From an uncultured Candidatus Binatia bacterium (GTDB lineage Bacteria; Desulfobacterota; Binatia; UBA9968; CAXXLF01), in contig OZ244621.1 in NCBI GenBank assembly GCA_965218425.1, positions 1,312,001 through 1,376,000 on the forward strand: a stretch of 64,000 nt of DNA. Direction: 5' to 3'. Of this stretch, positions 48,988 through 59,948 are shown one piece after another. The notes under the pieces were generated by a model that was given only the letters and a program-made list of their open reading frames with translations, did no database searches and was not told the DNA's origin. Both the position numbers and the translations under genes were made by a program. The stretch's first letter is position 1. Each line of letters opens with the position of its first letter.

Positions 48988-50301
48988 TTACAACTCGCCG
49001 TAAAGGATCGCGCAAATGAGGACGGCCGCCGCGACACCGGCGAAATCGGCGCAGAGCGCGGCAACAAGGGCATGCCGTATTCGGCGAATTTGTACCGCCC
49101 CGAAATAGACCGCCAGCACGTAGAATGTCGTTTCCGTCGACCCTTGAAGCGTACTCACCAGATATCCGGCATAGGAGTCCGGTCCGATCGATGGGTCCTG
49201 TATGATCGACGCCAGAACGCCATAGGCACCCGATCCGGAAAGCGGTCGCAGCAGTGCCATGGGCAGCGCTTCGGGCGGCATGCCGAACAGGGTTGTGATT
49301 GGGCCAATCCACGATATGAAAACCTCAAACGCACCACTTGATCGGAACATGCCGACAGCCACCAGGATGGCAATTAGGTAGGGTATGATCCGCAGCGCAA
49401 CGTTGAAACCGTCCTTCGCGCCTTCCACGAAAGCCTCGTAAACCCGCACTTTTCGCGCCACGCCAAAACCAAGCAGGGCAACCATTAGGCCGGGAATGAT
49501 CCACGGCGAGATCGTCTTGCCATAGAGAACCGTCAGGGGGATCAGCGCCGCAATTCCCGCGAGCGTCAGCGCCGAGACCCAGGCCGGGTAGGCATCATCC
49601 GCGGCATCGGGAAGATCCTCACCGGCCATCTCTGGCCCGTCGAAGTCAAGCGCTACGATGTCTTGCGGCGGCGTCACGGCTTGCGCCGATTTCCATCTCC
49701 GCTGCAGGAACAGACACATCAGAATCGCCACCGCCGTCGAACACACGGTTGCGAACAGCGTCGTCGGCAGAACACCCGCAGGATCGTTCGATCCGGCGAC
49801 TGCTCGCAACGCGATGACACCGGTCGGCAACAGCGTCACGCTGGAGGTGTTGACGGCGAGAAAAAGCGCCATTGCATTGGTCGCCGTTCCCTTATGGGCG
49901 TTGAGCTTGTCCAGTTCCTGCATGGCGCGGATGCCGAATGGCGTCGCGGCGTTGCCGAGACCGAGCGCATTGGCGGACAGGTTGAGGATCATCGCGCCCA
50001 TCGCAGGGTGGTTCGCGGGCACCTCCGGAAATAAGCGCACCATGAGGGGACGGATCGTCTTGGCGATCACCGTCAGCATGCCGCCTTCTTCGGCAACCTT
50101 CATCAACCCGAGGAAAAGTGCCATCACGCCGACAAGGCCGATTGCGAGGGTGACCGACGCGCCGGCGGTCTCGACCATCCCGTTGGCCAATCCCTGCATC
50201 GGCGATATCGCGTCGCCGGTCGCGGGCGGACGCCATGTCACCTCACGCCAGCCGGCAACCACAAATGCAATCAGCACAATAGCGAAAAAGATGCCATTCA
50301 C
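48988..50301 (-). CDS. Fused SpmA/SpmB nucleoside-recognition (Gate) membrane protein
   Basis: N.SANALGLGNAATPFGI.AM.EL (SpmA) and RPLSGSGA, GSTETTFYVLAVYFGAV (SpmB); visibly more GC-rich codons than the flanks. Confidence 0.92.
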   Translation of the reverse strand: MNGIFFAIVLIAFVVAGWREVTWRPPATGDAISPMQGLANGMVETAGASVTLAIGLVGVMALFLGLMKVAEEGGMLTVIAKTIRPLMVRLFPEVPANHPAMGAMILNLSANALGLGNAATPFGIRAMQELDKLNAHKGTATNAMALFLAVNTSSVTLLPTGVIALRAVAGSNDPAGVLPTTLFATVCSTAVAILMCLFLQRRWKSAQAVTPPQDIVALDFDGPEMAGEDLPDAADDAYPAWVSALTLAGIAALIPLTVLYGKTISPWIIPGLMVALLGFGVARKVRVYEAFVEGAKDGFNVALRIIPYLIAILVAVGMFRSSGAFEVFISWIGPITTLFGMPPEALPMALLRPLSGSGAYGVLASIIQDPSIGPDSYAGYLVSTLQGSTETTFYVLAVYFGAVQIRRIRHALVAALCADFAGVAAAVLICAILYGEL

Positions 50302-50307
50302 GTCAGG

Positions 50308-50403
50308 TCAACTCTCGGGTTGCGCAGGAACGCTCCTTGCGGCCATATAGACCGAAACCGCAACAGCCATGATGAGCGCACCGGACAGGTAAAACGGCCG
50401 CGC
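50308..50403 (-). pseudogene. C-terminal transmembrane remnant, MFS-like
   Basis: Reads RPFYLSGALIMAVAVSVYMAARSVPAQPES*, resembling a final MFS helix; no start, in-frame stop upstream. Confidence 0.4.
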
Positions 50404-50467
50404 TCACCGGGGCGAATTGATGTAACGCTTTGTCAGGTTCCCGGTCCGGCCGTTATGCATTTCCGAA

Positions 50468-51442
50468 TCAGTGGCCAGACAGGAGTTTGACGGTAATCAT
50501 TAGCGTCACGGAACCCGCACCTTTGAACGTATTGAGGTTGGTCAAATCGGGGTCCCGCTCATGAAACGGGTGAAGCGAGTATCCGCCTTTGTCTTTGAAG
50601 TCGTCCAGCATTGAATAGGTTAGCTTCAGTCCCAACAGGGCCCTGTCGTTCAGGCGGTAGTCAGCGCCGGTGTGCAGGTGCCAGGCGAAAACCGTGTCGG
50701 ACAGATTGACGTTCTGTCGCGAGTTATAGAACGACAGCGGAGGATCGTACGCTTGGGAAGCACCCGAAGCGTCCTGGTATTCAGCGGAGAACTTCAAACC
50801 GGACACCTCGACAAACGCGATACCCAGCCCAACGCCAACGTATGGAGAAACCCCGCGGTACATCCATGGAAAATCATAGTACCCATTGAGCGAAAGGGTG
50901 CGTATGGTCAGGTCGTTGATCGAGGCGTGGGTATCGGACACGACGGTATCGTCGCTTCTTTCCTTGATGGGCGTCCCGTCATAATAGGTGATGCCACGGA
51001 AACTCTGGTTGATGTCGTTATTACTCTGCGCGAATGAAAGTTCCAGGCGCGCGCGGTCAAAAATGCGGCCGATTGTAAGCTCAAACGCGGGGCCGACATT
51101 CGTATCGATGTCGTAGCGCCAGCGGTATCCAGAGACTTCCGGAACCGGGTCCGCATCGAAACAATTGCTTGTCGGATAGCAGGTCTGCTCCCGATTCCAG
51201 CCTTCCTGATCCAGGTTGGGTGCCCAGTTCACTCCGATACCTGCGCCGATGTACCACCGAGGGTCCAGCGCCGGTGGCTCCCGGCTCTCACCGGCCAGGC
51301 TTGAGGGGACAGAGATCGCCAGGATTACACCCAAGGCGAACGGGGTGAATAATGCCAGCGCCCCCAAGCGCTCTGGACACGTCCCGGGTGTTTGGAATTG
51401 GCTGTGGTCGCGGAACTGTAGCTGAGTAATTCGTATAATCAT
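50468..51442 (-). CDS. Outer-membrane beta-barrel protein (opacity/OmpA-TM-like)
   Basis: WYIGAGIG, RLELSF, LNGYYDF, PYVGVGLG.A, FAW....GADY strands; signal-like hydrophobic segment. Confidence 0.8.
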   Translation of the reverse strand: MIIRITQLQFRDHSQFQTPGTCPERLGALALFTPFALGVILAISVPSSLAGESREPPALDPRWYIGAGIGVNWAPNLDQEGWNREQTCYPTSNCFDADPVPEVSGYRWRYDIDTNVGPAFELTIGRIFDRARLELSFAQSNNDINQSFRGITYYDGTPIKERSDDTVVSDTHASINDLTIRTLSLNGYYDFPWMYRGVSPYVGVGLGIAFVEVSGLKFSAEYQDASGASQAYDPPLSFYNSRQNVNLSDTVFAWHLHTGADYRLNDRALLGLKLTYSMLDDFKDKGGYSLHPFHERDPDLTNLNTFKGAGSVTLMITVKLLSGH

Positions 51443-51636
51443 TCACAATAATGACAATTATCAGGTATATCAAGGGGCCTTGTTGCACGGATCGGGGCGG
51501 AGAAGGAATTCGCCCGTTCCCAAGCTGTAGCGTCATGAGATGCGTTCGAACACCCGCGCCCCCCTGACGGCACCCCGCCGACAGCGTCTGCCGATTTCAC
51601 CGGCATAGCCCGGACACCATCGAGAGGACGAGGCCG

Positions 51637-52305
51637 GCGGCGGCTTCTGCCACGGCTACGATGTGGTGAGGCGCACCGACAGCATGGGCGAGCCGGTCCA
51701 GGGGGAGCGGCGGATCAACGAGGCCAAGGCCGGGATCGTGCGCCGCGTCTTCAAAGTTCGCCGGCGGCGTCAGCCCGCGCGCCATGGCGAGCCGTTTCAA
51801 CGCCGAGAGCGTTCCCGGCCCGCCCGGCGCCTTGTGGACCGACTCCACCTTACGCGGCCACGCCAGGCGCTGCACCGGCATCCTCAACAACGAGCTTTAC
51901 ATTGGGCGTCTGGTTTGGAACCGCCTGCACTATGTCAAGAACCCGGAGACCAGCAAGCGCGTCTCCCGGATCAATCCGCCCGAGGACTGGATCACGGTGG
52001 AGGTGCCCGAGATCCGCATTGTCGATGAGTTGTGGCAGGCCGCGAAGGATCGGCAGAGGGAGCTTTCCATCAAGCTATGCCCACGTCATCGAAGCCACCC
52101 GCGCCGCTCATGCCAATCGCCAGAATCGCACCCATTGGCTCCGCTCGCCGCTCCACGGCTTGCTGGAGTGCGGGATTTGCAACGGTTCCTACGCCCTGCG
52201 CGGCCAGATCAACGCCACCCTTCATGGCGACCCCGGCACGATCCTTGAATGGACGGCGAGCAAGGAACAAAACCGACACACCCGCCGCAGGAATGTCGGT
52301 CTCGG
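51637..52305 (+). pseudogene. Large serine recombinase (site-specific integrase) remnant
   Basis: Fragments in several frames: GGFCHGYDVVRR, IVRRVF, W.DSTLRGH...TGILNNELYIGRLVWNR, EVPEIRIVDELW, GLLECGIC; tail MSVSVVAG runs into the tRNA 3' end. Confidence 0.88.
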
Positions 52306-52382
52306 TGGTTGCGGGGGGTGGATTTGAACCACCGACCTCAAGGTTATGAGCCTTGCGAGCTACCGGACTGCTCCACCCCGCG
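52306..52382 (-). tRNA. tRNA-Met(CAU), initiator type
   Basis: CGCGGGGTGGAGCAGTCCGGTAGCTCGCAAGGCTCATAACCTTGAGGTCGGTGGTTCAAATCCACCCCCCGCAACCA; 77 nt, C1xA72 mismatch, encoded CCA. Confidence 0.97.
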
Positions 52383-52406
52383 ACAATCGATTTTCGTATA
52401 CCTTTT

Positions 52407-52435
52407 TATTTATATTGTGCCTCCGGCAAAGTCAA
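52407..52435 (-). promoter_or_regulatory. Sigma70-type promoter for the tRNA
   Basis: TTGACT followed after 15-17 nt by TATAAATA. Confidence 0.5.
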
Positions 52436-52449
52436 GGTGCAGTGCGACA

Positions 52450-52980
52450 ATGAAACGCGAACGACTCACTCCTCGAGTGAGCGTGGACATCATTATTGAG
52501 ATGGATCAGAGCCGAATTGTGTTAATTGAAAGAAAGAATCCGCCCCACGGATGGGCCCTGCCGGGGGGATTTGCAGATTACGGTGAGAGTCTAGAAACAG
52601 CGAGCGTGAGAGAGGCCAAGGAAGAAACCTGCCTGGATGTCCAACTCTTGGAGCAGTTTCATTCCTATTCCAATCCTCAGCGTGACCCGCGCGATCACAC
52701 AATCACAACAGTATTTATTGCCCGGGCAAGCGGCGTGCCGAAGGGAAGCGACGACGCCAGGCGGGCGGAGTCCTTTACCGAAAAGGACTTGCCTTCTCCA
52801 CTGGTTTTCGATCATGCCCAAATCCTAGAGGACTATTTCAATTATAAGAGAACGGGCCGGAGGTTGTGCGGGGACGGTGATCTGGACGGGATGGGCCATC
52901 TTTGCATACCATCTGTGGCAGCAGAGGTAAAAGATGGGGGTAAGGACTGCTCCTTCTCGACAATGAAATGCCTGATGTGA
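52450..52980 (+). CDS. NUDIX hydrolase (ADP-ribose pyrophosphatase-like)
   Basis: WALPGGF.DYGES.E.A..RE..EET Nudix box; YS.P.RDPR; FDH..IL.DY. Confidence 0.92.
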   Translation: MKRERLTPRVSVDIIIEMDQSRIVLIERKNPPHGWALPGGFADYGESLETASVREAKEETCLDVQLLEQFHSYSNPQRDPRDHTITTVFIARASGVPKGSDDARRAESFTEKDLPSPLVFDHAQILEDYFNYKRTGRRLCGDGDLDGMGHLCIPSVAAEVKDGGKDCSFSTMKCLM

Positions 52981-53140
52981 TTGCCAGGGCCATAGAGTCA
53001 TCTACAGACGGTAGTTTTTCAGTGAGAACTAATCAGTGAAAAATTAATAAGTTGAACGTTTTTCCAAGTACTCTTTTTCATCGAAGCCATCATTGAGCTT
53101 GACTGGAGAAAGGCATGTGATAGAGGTAACTGTTTAGTTT

Positions 53141-53383
53141 ATGGAACAAAATAAGAGTGCACTAAACCTTGAGGAGGCCAAGCTTCAAAAACTAAGGGGC
53201 ATTACCAATCTCACGGTGACCCTCCTCTATCAGGCCGACCTTACCCTGGCGGATGCGCAGGAACTCATTGCTCAAACCAAGTCGAAGGCTCTGGAGCTCT
53301 TTCCGGACAAAGGAGACACCTTTGACCTGATCTACGGTTCCCGTTTTCGCCGCATCCTGGCAGAGAGGTATCGCCTCCAGTAA
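53141..53383 (+). CDS. Small helical hypothetical protein upstream of uvrA
   Basis: 80-aa ORF co-oriented with uvrA; LFPDK..TFDLIY..RF.RIL.ER pattern. Confidence 0.7.
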   Translation: MEQNKSALNLEEAKLQKLRGITNLTVTLLYQADLTLADAQELIAQTKSKALELFPDKGDTFDLIYGSRFRRILAERYRLQ

Positions 53384-53438
53384 CCGGTATCGTATAACGT
53401 CGCCTTAGTTTCCTATCCCGGGTCTCTATTTTAGATCT

Positions 53439-56400
53439 ATGAAACAGAATTGGATACGTATTCGAGGGGCTAAACAGAATAATCTGAAGAACCTCGATCT
53501 CGAGATTCCCCTGAATTCCCTTACGGTGGTCACCGGTGTGAGCGGTTCGGGGAAATCGACTCTCGCCTTCAACGTCCTATACGCGGAGGGGCAAAGGCGC
53601 TATGTGGAAAGCTTCTCCGCCTACGCCCGTCAGTTCCTTGACCGCATGGAAAAACCCAACGTAGAGAGCATTGAAGGGATTCCTCCAACCATCGCCATCG
53701 ATCAGAGCCGTCCGGTCAAGACCTCTCGCTCCACCATCGGAACCATGACGGAGCTTCACGACCACTTCAAGCTGCTATTTTCTAAAATTGCCGTGCTCCA
53801 CTGCACAGGTTGCGACCGGGTGGTTGAAAAAGACACCCCACTTTCCGTTTTCAAAACCCTATCCCCGTTACCGGAAGGGTCTCCTCTTGTACTGACTTTC
53901 CCCATGGCACTACCCCCCTCGCTTCCCTGGAACGAGGTCAGGGGAGGGCTCATCAATGCCGGTTTCCATCGCTTGCTCGAAAATCGATCCATTCGTGAAT
54001 TGGAGGAGGTAACAAAACCTCCAAAGGGGGGCCTCGAAATCGTGGTGGATCGTTTCGCCTATCGTCCGCAATCGAGGAAAAGGATCATGGATTCCCTGGA
54101 GCAGGCGTTCCACTTCGGCAAGGGCAAACTAAACCTGTATCAAGCAGAACAGGATTGGAAACGAGAACCCTTCAGCAACCTATTTCATTGTCCTCACTGC
54201 GAGCTGTCCTACAACAATCCAATGTCCAATCTCTTTTCCTTTAACAGCCCCCTTGGGGCCTGTGATCATTGTCGTGGATTTGGTCGTGTTATCGATATCG
54301 ACATGGACCTGGTCATCCCGGATCCAGCAAAATCTCTTAACGACGGGGCCATTAAACCCTGGGCCACCAAGAAGAGGCGAATGCGCAGGCTCATGGAGTT
54401 CTGTGAGCGAAAGCGAATCCCCACGGACAAGCCTTTCCACCTGCTAAAAGAAAAACAAAAAGACATGATCCTGAACGGGAACGGGACGTTCAGGGGGGTG
54501 CGGGGCTGGTTCCAGCGCATGGAGCGTCGAAGCTATAGGATGCATGTGCGCGTCTTTCTCGCGCGCTACCGCAAATATCTCCTTTGTCCCCAGTGCCAAG
54601 GGACGCGGATGAAACCCGAAGCCCTTACCTTTCGTGTCCAGGGGAAAAACATCGCCGCCGTCAACGGCATGAGCATCGGCGAGGCCACCCGTTTCTTCGA
54701 GCGGTTCAAACTCACAGACCAAAACGATCAGGTGGCCGGCCTCATCCTCGACGAGATCCGAAGGAGACTCGAGTACCTGGTTGGCGTTGGATTGGAATAC
54801 CTCACCTTGGATCGACAATCGCGCACCCTCTCTGGAGGCGAGCTGGAACGTGTGGACCTCACCACAGCCATTGGTTCGTCTCTGGTGAACACCCTTTACG
54901 TCCTCGACGAGCCCTCCATCGGCCTGCACCCTCGGGATAGCCACCGTCTCGTGGAAATTCTCCACCATTTGAGGGCCAACAAAAACACCGTGGTGGTTGT
55001 GGAGCACGACCCTGAGATTATCAAAGAGAGCGATTACGTCATCGACCTTGGACCGAAGGCGGGTGAAGAAGGAGGCCGGACCATCTATGCCGGCCCCTAT
55101 GAAGGTTTACTCAAGAGTCGGACCTCCCTCACCGCCGCCTACCTTACCCGGCGCAAGACCATTGCGTTCCCCTCAAGTCATCGTCACCCTAAGGTCAACC
55201 GGGTGGTGAAGATACTGGGCGCAGAGGTCAACAATCTCAAAAATATCGATGTAGAAATTCCCCTGGGGCTTTTTACCTGTATCACAGGCGTATCGGGCTC
55301 CGGCAAATCAAGCCTCGTGGATGAGGTCATTTACCGCAACATTCGAAAGCTCAAGACCTCCCCCTTGGCCACACTGACCCATTGCAGCTCCATCCAGGGA
55401 GCAGAGAAGGTTTCCGAAATTATCATGGTGGACCAATCTCCCTTGAGTACAACTCCGCGCTCCAACCCGGCCACCTACATGAAGGCCTTCGATGCGGTCC
55501 GCCGCCTCTTCGCCTCCGCCGAGATCTCACGCCTTAGGGGGTATACGCCTTCCACCTTTTCGTTCAACGTCGAGGGGGGAAGATGCGACTCCTGCCAGGG
55601 CGAGGGGTTCGAAAAGATCGAGATGCAGTTCCTTTCAGACGTCTACACCCCTTGTTCCGAGTGTAACGGGGCGCGTTTCAGGGGGGAGATCCTCGAGGTT
55701 TTCTTTCGGGGTCGAAATATTCAACAGATTCTGGAAATGACCGTTGCCGAAGCCTTGGAGTTCTTCCACGACTCCTCCGAAGTCCAAGACCGCCTTCGCC
55801 CCCTGCGCCTGGTGGGTCTCGACTACCTTCGCTTGGGCCAACCCTTGACAACCCTATCCGGTGGCGAGTCCCAGCGGCTGAAACTCGCGGCCCACATATC
55901 CCGGGCAAAGAAGGCCGCTGCCCTATTTATCTTCGATGAGCCCACCACTGGCCTTCACTTCCACGACATTGAAAAGCTCCTCTTCGCCTTTAACGAGCTC
56001 ATGGACGAAGGGCATACCGTCGTGGTCATCGAACACAACATGGAAGTGATCAAATGTGCCGACCGCATCATCGATCTTGGTCCAGAGGGTGGTGACCGCG
56101 GCGGGGAGATCGTGGCCGTGGGGACCCCCGAAGAAGTTGTAAAGGTAGAAAGGTCCCATACCGGCCGTTACCTGAAGTCCCATCTGGAACAGGAAAAAGG
56201 ATCCCCATTCACGCCCCTTCTCGAGAAAACACTGAAGGTGAATGGGAACGGCTCCGGGCCGGAGCAACATTCCATTGCGGTGGTGGGAGCAAAGGAACAC
56301 AACCTGAAGAATATTAATCTGGAGATTGCTCGTGACCGCTTCGTTGTGATCACCGGTTTGAGCGGTTCGGGTAAATCCTCTTTGGCCTTTGATATCATTT

Positions 56401-59117
56401 ACGCCGAGGGACAACGGCGTTACATTGACAGTCTTTCCACCTATGCGCGCCAATTTATAAAGGTCATGGCCCGGCCCAATGTAGACCTGCTGCTGGGGAT
56501 TCCGCCCACCGTGGCCATCGAGCAGCGCCTCAGCCGGGGGGGAAAGAAATCCACCGTGGCCACGGTCACCGAGATCTACCATTACTTACGTCTGCTCTAT
56601 TCAAAAGTAGGTAAGCAGCATTGTTTGCAGTGCGATCGTCCCATCACTTCCCTCACCAAGAGTCAGATCTTGGACCGCATCTCCCGAGCCCATAGAGGGG
56701 AAGATGTAACCATAATCAGTCCCATCGTAAGGGGACGTAAGGGGTTTCATAAGGAGGTGATGGCCAGCGCCAAGAAACTCGGCTACCGCAGGGCGCGGAT
56801 CGACGGCGAGATGATCGACCTTAGGTCCCCCACGCTCTTGGCTGGACTGCAACGTTACCAGGAGCACGACGTGGATGTGGTGATTGGAACCGTTAAGGCC
56901 GGAGGGCGAGGCATGGAGACCCTGGTGGACCAAGGGCTACGCCTTGGCAACGGTGTGATCCATCTCCTCTCCGGACAGAGCGAGCGGATTTTTAACCAGC
57001 GTCATTTTTGCCTTCGTTGTGGCATCGGCTATGAACCGCTGGACCCCAGACTATTTTCCTTTAACAGTCGCCATGGATGGTGCCCCCAATGTACAGGGAT
57101 GGGGTACGATTGGGATTTTGATCCAGATCTGATGGTGCCCGACCCCCAAAGACCCGTTGCAGAGATTTTCTCATCCCTATGGTCCGCATCGGCGCAGCAT
57201 GGGGCATTGAAACCAGGGTTATCTCGGCTACTGCGCGAGGCCAAAGAGAAGCACCGAATCGACATCAGTTCACCCTTCTCACGGCTTTCAAAGAAAGACA
57301 GGGAGGTCCTTGTTCACGGTAAGGCAAAGCCTTCTTCTTTCCTAGGCCTTATCCCTCACCTGAGAAAACTCAGGGAAAAAGTAGAGGAGGGGACTCCCGG
57401 ACCCCTGGCCGATTTTATGAGTGAATACTCATGTGCCACCTGCAAAGGCAGCAGGCTCAACCAGCGGGCCCAAGCCGTCAAGATAAACGGGAAATCCATT
57501 TCGCAGGTGGCTGCACTTCCGGTCAAAGAAGGGCTGGGATATTTCCAATCCCTGCAGACGGCTGGGACCAGTGAGAAATCACGGTCAGAACGGGATCAAA
57601 CCATTACCGAGAAGGTCCTCAGGGAAATTCATCACCGGTTAAAGTTTCTCCATGAGGTGGGACTTTCCTACCTGACTCTGGACCGCCGTGCGGACACCCT
57701 TTCCGGAGGAGAAGCCCAACGTGTCCGTCTGGCTGCCCAATTGGGATCCAACCTCCGGGGGGTTTGCTATATTCTCGACGAGCCGACCATAGGGCTCCAC
57801 GCCAGGGATAATGGAATGCTTCTGCGCACCTTGGAACGGCTGGTGGAGGGAGGGAACACAGTCCTGGTGGTGGAGCATGATGAAGCGACCATTGACTCGG
57901 CTGAGCTGGTGGTGGACCTGGGACCTGGAGCGGGAATTCATGGGGGACGAGTGGTGGCCATGGGCAGCCCCAAACAGATCAAGGAAAATCCCAACTCACT
58001 GACTGGTGCATTTTTAAGAGCAACCCGAAAGAGAAATTGGCCCGAACGCCTGCTATCCAACTACCCGTGGCTGACCGTCCATGGGGCCAAAGCCAACAAC
58101 CTTAAAAATATTGACGCCCGTTTCCCTCTCGGAGCCTGGAGCTGTGTCACGGGAGTTTCAGGTTCGGGAAAGAGCACCTTGGTGAAGGAGGTTCTTTATA
58201 AAGGCCTCAAATTGAACCGGGGACAGACGGCTGGCCGCCCGGGAAAGTATCGGAAAATCACCGGAGGCGAACACCTCCAGAGGATCGTCGAAGTCGATCA
58301 AAGCCCCATTGGCAAAACTCCCCGGTCAGTTCCCGCTTCATACGTGGGATTCCTCGATGAAATCCGCAGGATCTTCTCTCTCACCCCTGAGTCCAGGGTG
58401 CGCGGCTATGCCCCGAGCCGGTTCTCTTTCAACGTGCGTGGAGGCCGCTGCGAGGAATGCGCCGGGCAGGGAAAAATCAAGAAAGAGATGAGCTTTTTGC
58501 CCGATGTCTTTATCGAATGCGAGACATGTGGGGGAGACCGCTTCAATGAAGAGACACTGGCAATCCGATACAATGACAAGAACATAGCTCAAGTTCTGAA
58601 CATGACTGTTGAAGAAGGGGTGGAATACTTTCGCCCCTTCCCCCATGTCCATCGCCCCTTGCAAATCCTCGAGCAAGTGGGGATGGGCTATATGACTCTT
58701 GGTCAATCCAGCAATACACTCTCCGGCGGTGAGGCTCAGAGGATCAAGCTGGCCTACGAGCTGGGTAAGGAGTCGCGCGGGAGAACGCTTTACGTCCTGG
58801 ATGAGCCCACCACCGGGCTTCACTTCGTGGACGTGGAGAAACTCATCAACATTCTCCACCGCCTTGTTGAAGCCGGGAATACGGTGATCACCATTGAGCA
58901 CAATCTCGAGATTATTAAAGAGGCCGACTATTTGTTGGACCTTGGTCCTGAGGGGGGTCACGAGGGAGGCCAGGTGGTGGCGTGCGGCCCCCCCATCGAG
59001 GTTATCAAGAACGGGAAACGCTCCCACACATCCCGTTTTTTGAAGGACTATCTCAAAGGCCAATCTCAGCAGGCAAAACGCAACGGACTTCATTCAGAGT
59101 CCGCCCGCGCAGTTTGA
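53439..59117 (+). CDS. uvrA: Excinuclease ABC subunit A, double-length (two tandem UvrA units)
   Basis: Four Walker A motifs G(V/L)SGSGKS, four LSGGE signatures, two YAEGQRRY starts, Zn-finger CxxC pairs. Confidence 0.95.
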   Translation: MKQNWIRIRGAKQNNLKNLDLEIPLNSLTVVTGVSGSGKSTLAFNVLYAEGQRRYVESFSAYARQFLDRMEKPNVESIEGIPPTIAIDQSRPVKTSRSTIGTMTELHDHFKLLFSKIAVLHCTGCDRVVEKDTPLSVFKTLSPLPEGSPLVLTFPMALPPSLPWNEVRGGLINAGFHRLLENRSIRELEEVTKPPKGGLEIVVDRFAYRPQSRKRIMDSLEQAFHFGKGKLNLYQAEQDWKREPFSNLFHCPHCELSYNNPMSNLFSFNSPLGACDHCRGFGRVIDIDMDLVIPDPAKSLNDGAIKPWATKKRRMRRLMEFCERKRIPTDKPFHLLKEKQKDMILNGNGTFRGVRGWFQRMERRSYRMHVRVFLARYRKYLLCPQCQGTRMKPEALTFRVQGKNIAAVNGMSIGEATRFFERFKLTDQNDQVAGLILDEIRRRLEYLVGVGLEYLTLDRQSRTLSGGELERVDLTTAIGSSLVNTLYVLDEPSIGLHPRDSHRLVEILHHLRANKNTVVVVEHDPEIIKESDYVIDLGPKAGEEGGRTIYAGPYEGLLKSRTSLTAAYLTRRKTIAFPSSHRHPKVNRVVKILGAEVNNLKNIDVEIPLGLFTCITGVSGSGKSSLVDEVIYRNIRKLKTSPLATLTHCSSIQGAEKVSEIIMVDQSPLSTTPRSNPATYMKAFDAVRRLFASAEISRLRGYTPSTFSFNVEGGRCDSCQGEGFEKIEMQFLSDVYTPCSECNGARFRGEILEVFFRGRNIQQILEMTVAEALEFFHDSSEVQDRLRPLRLVGLDYLRLGQPLTTLSGGESQRLKLAAHISRAKKAAALFIFDEPTTGLHFHDIEKLLFAFNELMDEGHTVVVIEHNMEVIKCADRIIDLGPEGGDRGGEIVAVGTPEEVVKVERSHTGRYLKSHLEQEKGSPFTPLLEKTLKVNGNGSGPEQHSIAVVGAKEHNLKNINLEIARDRFVVITGLSGSGKSSLAFDIIYAEGQRRYIDSLSTYARQFIKVMARPNVDLLLGIPPTVAIEQRLSRGGKKSTVATVTEIYHYLRLLYSKVGKQHCLQCDRPITSLTKSQILDRISRAHRGEDVTIISPIVRGRKGFHKEVMASAKKLGYRRARIDGEMIDLRSPTLLAGLQRYQEHDVDVVIGTVKAGGRGMETLVDQGLRLGNGVIHLLSGQSERIFNQRHFCLRCGIGYEPLDPRLFSFNSRHGWCPQCTGMGYDWDFDPDLMVPDPQRPVAEIFSSLWSASAQHGALKPGLSRLLREAKEKHRIDISSPFSRLSKKDREVLVHGKAKPSSFLGLIPHLRKLREKVEEGTPGPLADFMSEYSCATCKGSRLNQRAQAVKINGKSISQVAALPVKEGLGYFQSLQTAGTSEKSRSERDQTITEKVLREIHHRLKFLHEVGLSYLTLDRRADTLSGGEAQRVRLAAQLGSNLRGVCYILDEPTIGLHARDNGMLLRTLERLVEGGNTVLVVEHDEATIDSAELVVDLGPGAGIHGGRVVAMGSPKQIKENPNSLTGAFLRATRKRNWPERLLSNYPWLTVHGAKANNLKNIDARFPLGAWSCVTGVSGSGKSTLVKEVLYKGLKLNRGQTAGRPGKYRKITGGEHLQRIVEVDQSPIGKTPRSVPASYVGFLDEIRRIFSLTPESRVRGYAPSRFSFNVRGGRCEECAGQGKIKKEMSFLPDVFIECETCGGDRFNEETLAIRYNDKNIAQVLNMTVEEGVEYFRPFPHVHRPLQILEQVGMGYMTLGQSSNTLSGGEAQRIKLAYELGKESRGRTLYVLDEPTTGLHFVDVEKLINILHRLVEAGNTVITIEHNLEIIKEADYLLDLGPEGGHEGGQVVACGPPIEVIKNGKRSHTSRFLKDYLKGQSQQAKRNGLHSESARAV

Positions 59118-59135
59118 TTGGTTCCGAGGTTTGGC

Positions 59136-59939
59136 GTGATCCTCAAGTCACTGGGATCAACTGGAATCAAAGTTCCTGAAATTGGACTTGGCACCTGGCA
59201 ATACGGCGGGGGTGTGGAACCTCTCCGAAAAGGTCTATCCCTGGGAGCTTTTCTGATTGATACAGCCGAGCTGTACGGAACTGAAGGAGTAGTCGGGGAG
59301 GCGGTGAAGGGATGGCGGGACAAAGTCTTTATCGCCACCAAAGTCTCCGGCGCCCACCTCAGACATGACGATGTCCTGAGGGCGGCGGAGAATAGTCTCA
59401 AGATGCTCCGGACGAACACCATTGACCTTTACCAAATCCACTACCCGAATCCGCGAGTGCCCATCAAAGAAACCATGCGCGCCATGGAGACCCTCGTGGA
59501 CAGAAAATTCGTCAGATTCATCGGCGTCAGCAACTTTTCGGTCGGAGAGCTTCAGGAAGCCAGTAACTCCATGGAAAAGTACGGTATCGTTTCCAATCAG
59601 GTGCAATACCACCTGATGGACAGAGAAATTGAGGAGAGCCTGCTACCCTACTGCGAAAAGAATGACATCACGATTCTTGCTTACAGCCCTCTCGCCCGAG
59701 GACGGCTGACATCAAAATCCATGATCAGGCACCGAAGCGCCATGGGCGTCCTTCAGGCAATCGCGAACGAGACCGGCAAGACCATGGCCCAGGTGGCACT
59801 CAACTGGTGCAACGCCAAGCCCAACGTCGTTTCAATTCCTAAGTCCGACAAAGTGGAGCGTGTCGTCGAAAACTGCCAGGCCTCCGGCTGGAGGCTGTCG
59901 AGTGAACAATCAGCTTCTTTGGATAAAGCCTTTGGCTGA
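59136..59939 (+). CDS. Aldo/keto reductase
   Basis: IGLGTW, IDTAELYG, FIATKV, IDLYQIH, IGVSNF, AYSPL, IPKS. Confidence 0.93.
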   Translation: MILKSLGSTGIKVPEIGLGTWQYGGGVEPLRKGLSLGAFLIDTAELYGTEGVVGEAVKGWRDKVFIATKVSGAHLRHDDVLRAAENSLKMLRTNTIDLYQIHYPNPRVPIKETMRAMETLVDRKFVRFIGVSNFSVGELQEASNSMEKYGIVSNQVQYHLMDREIEESLLPYCEKNDITILAYSPLARGRLTSKSMIRHRSAMGVLQAIANETGKTMAQVALNWCNAKPNVVSIPKSDKVERVVENCQASGWRLSSEQSASLDKAFG

Positions 59940-59948
59940 AGCAAGGGA

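Noticed and set aside
52249..52449. N-terminal extension of the NUDIX ORF
   Set aside because: It is the antisense of the tRNA; the Nudix domain starts at ATG 52450.
55923..59093. Long antisense ORFs inside uvrA (219 and 251 aa) and similar shadow ORFs in other genes
   Set aside because: Typical antisense shadows caused by codon bias; no independent motifs.
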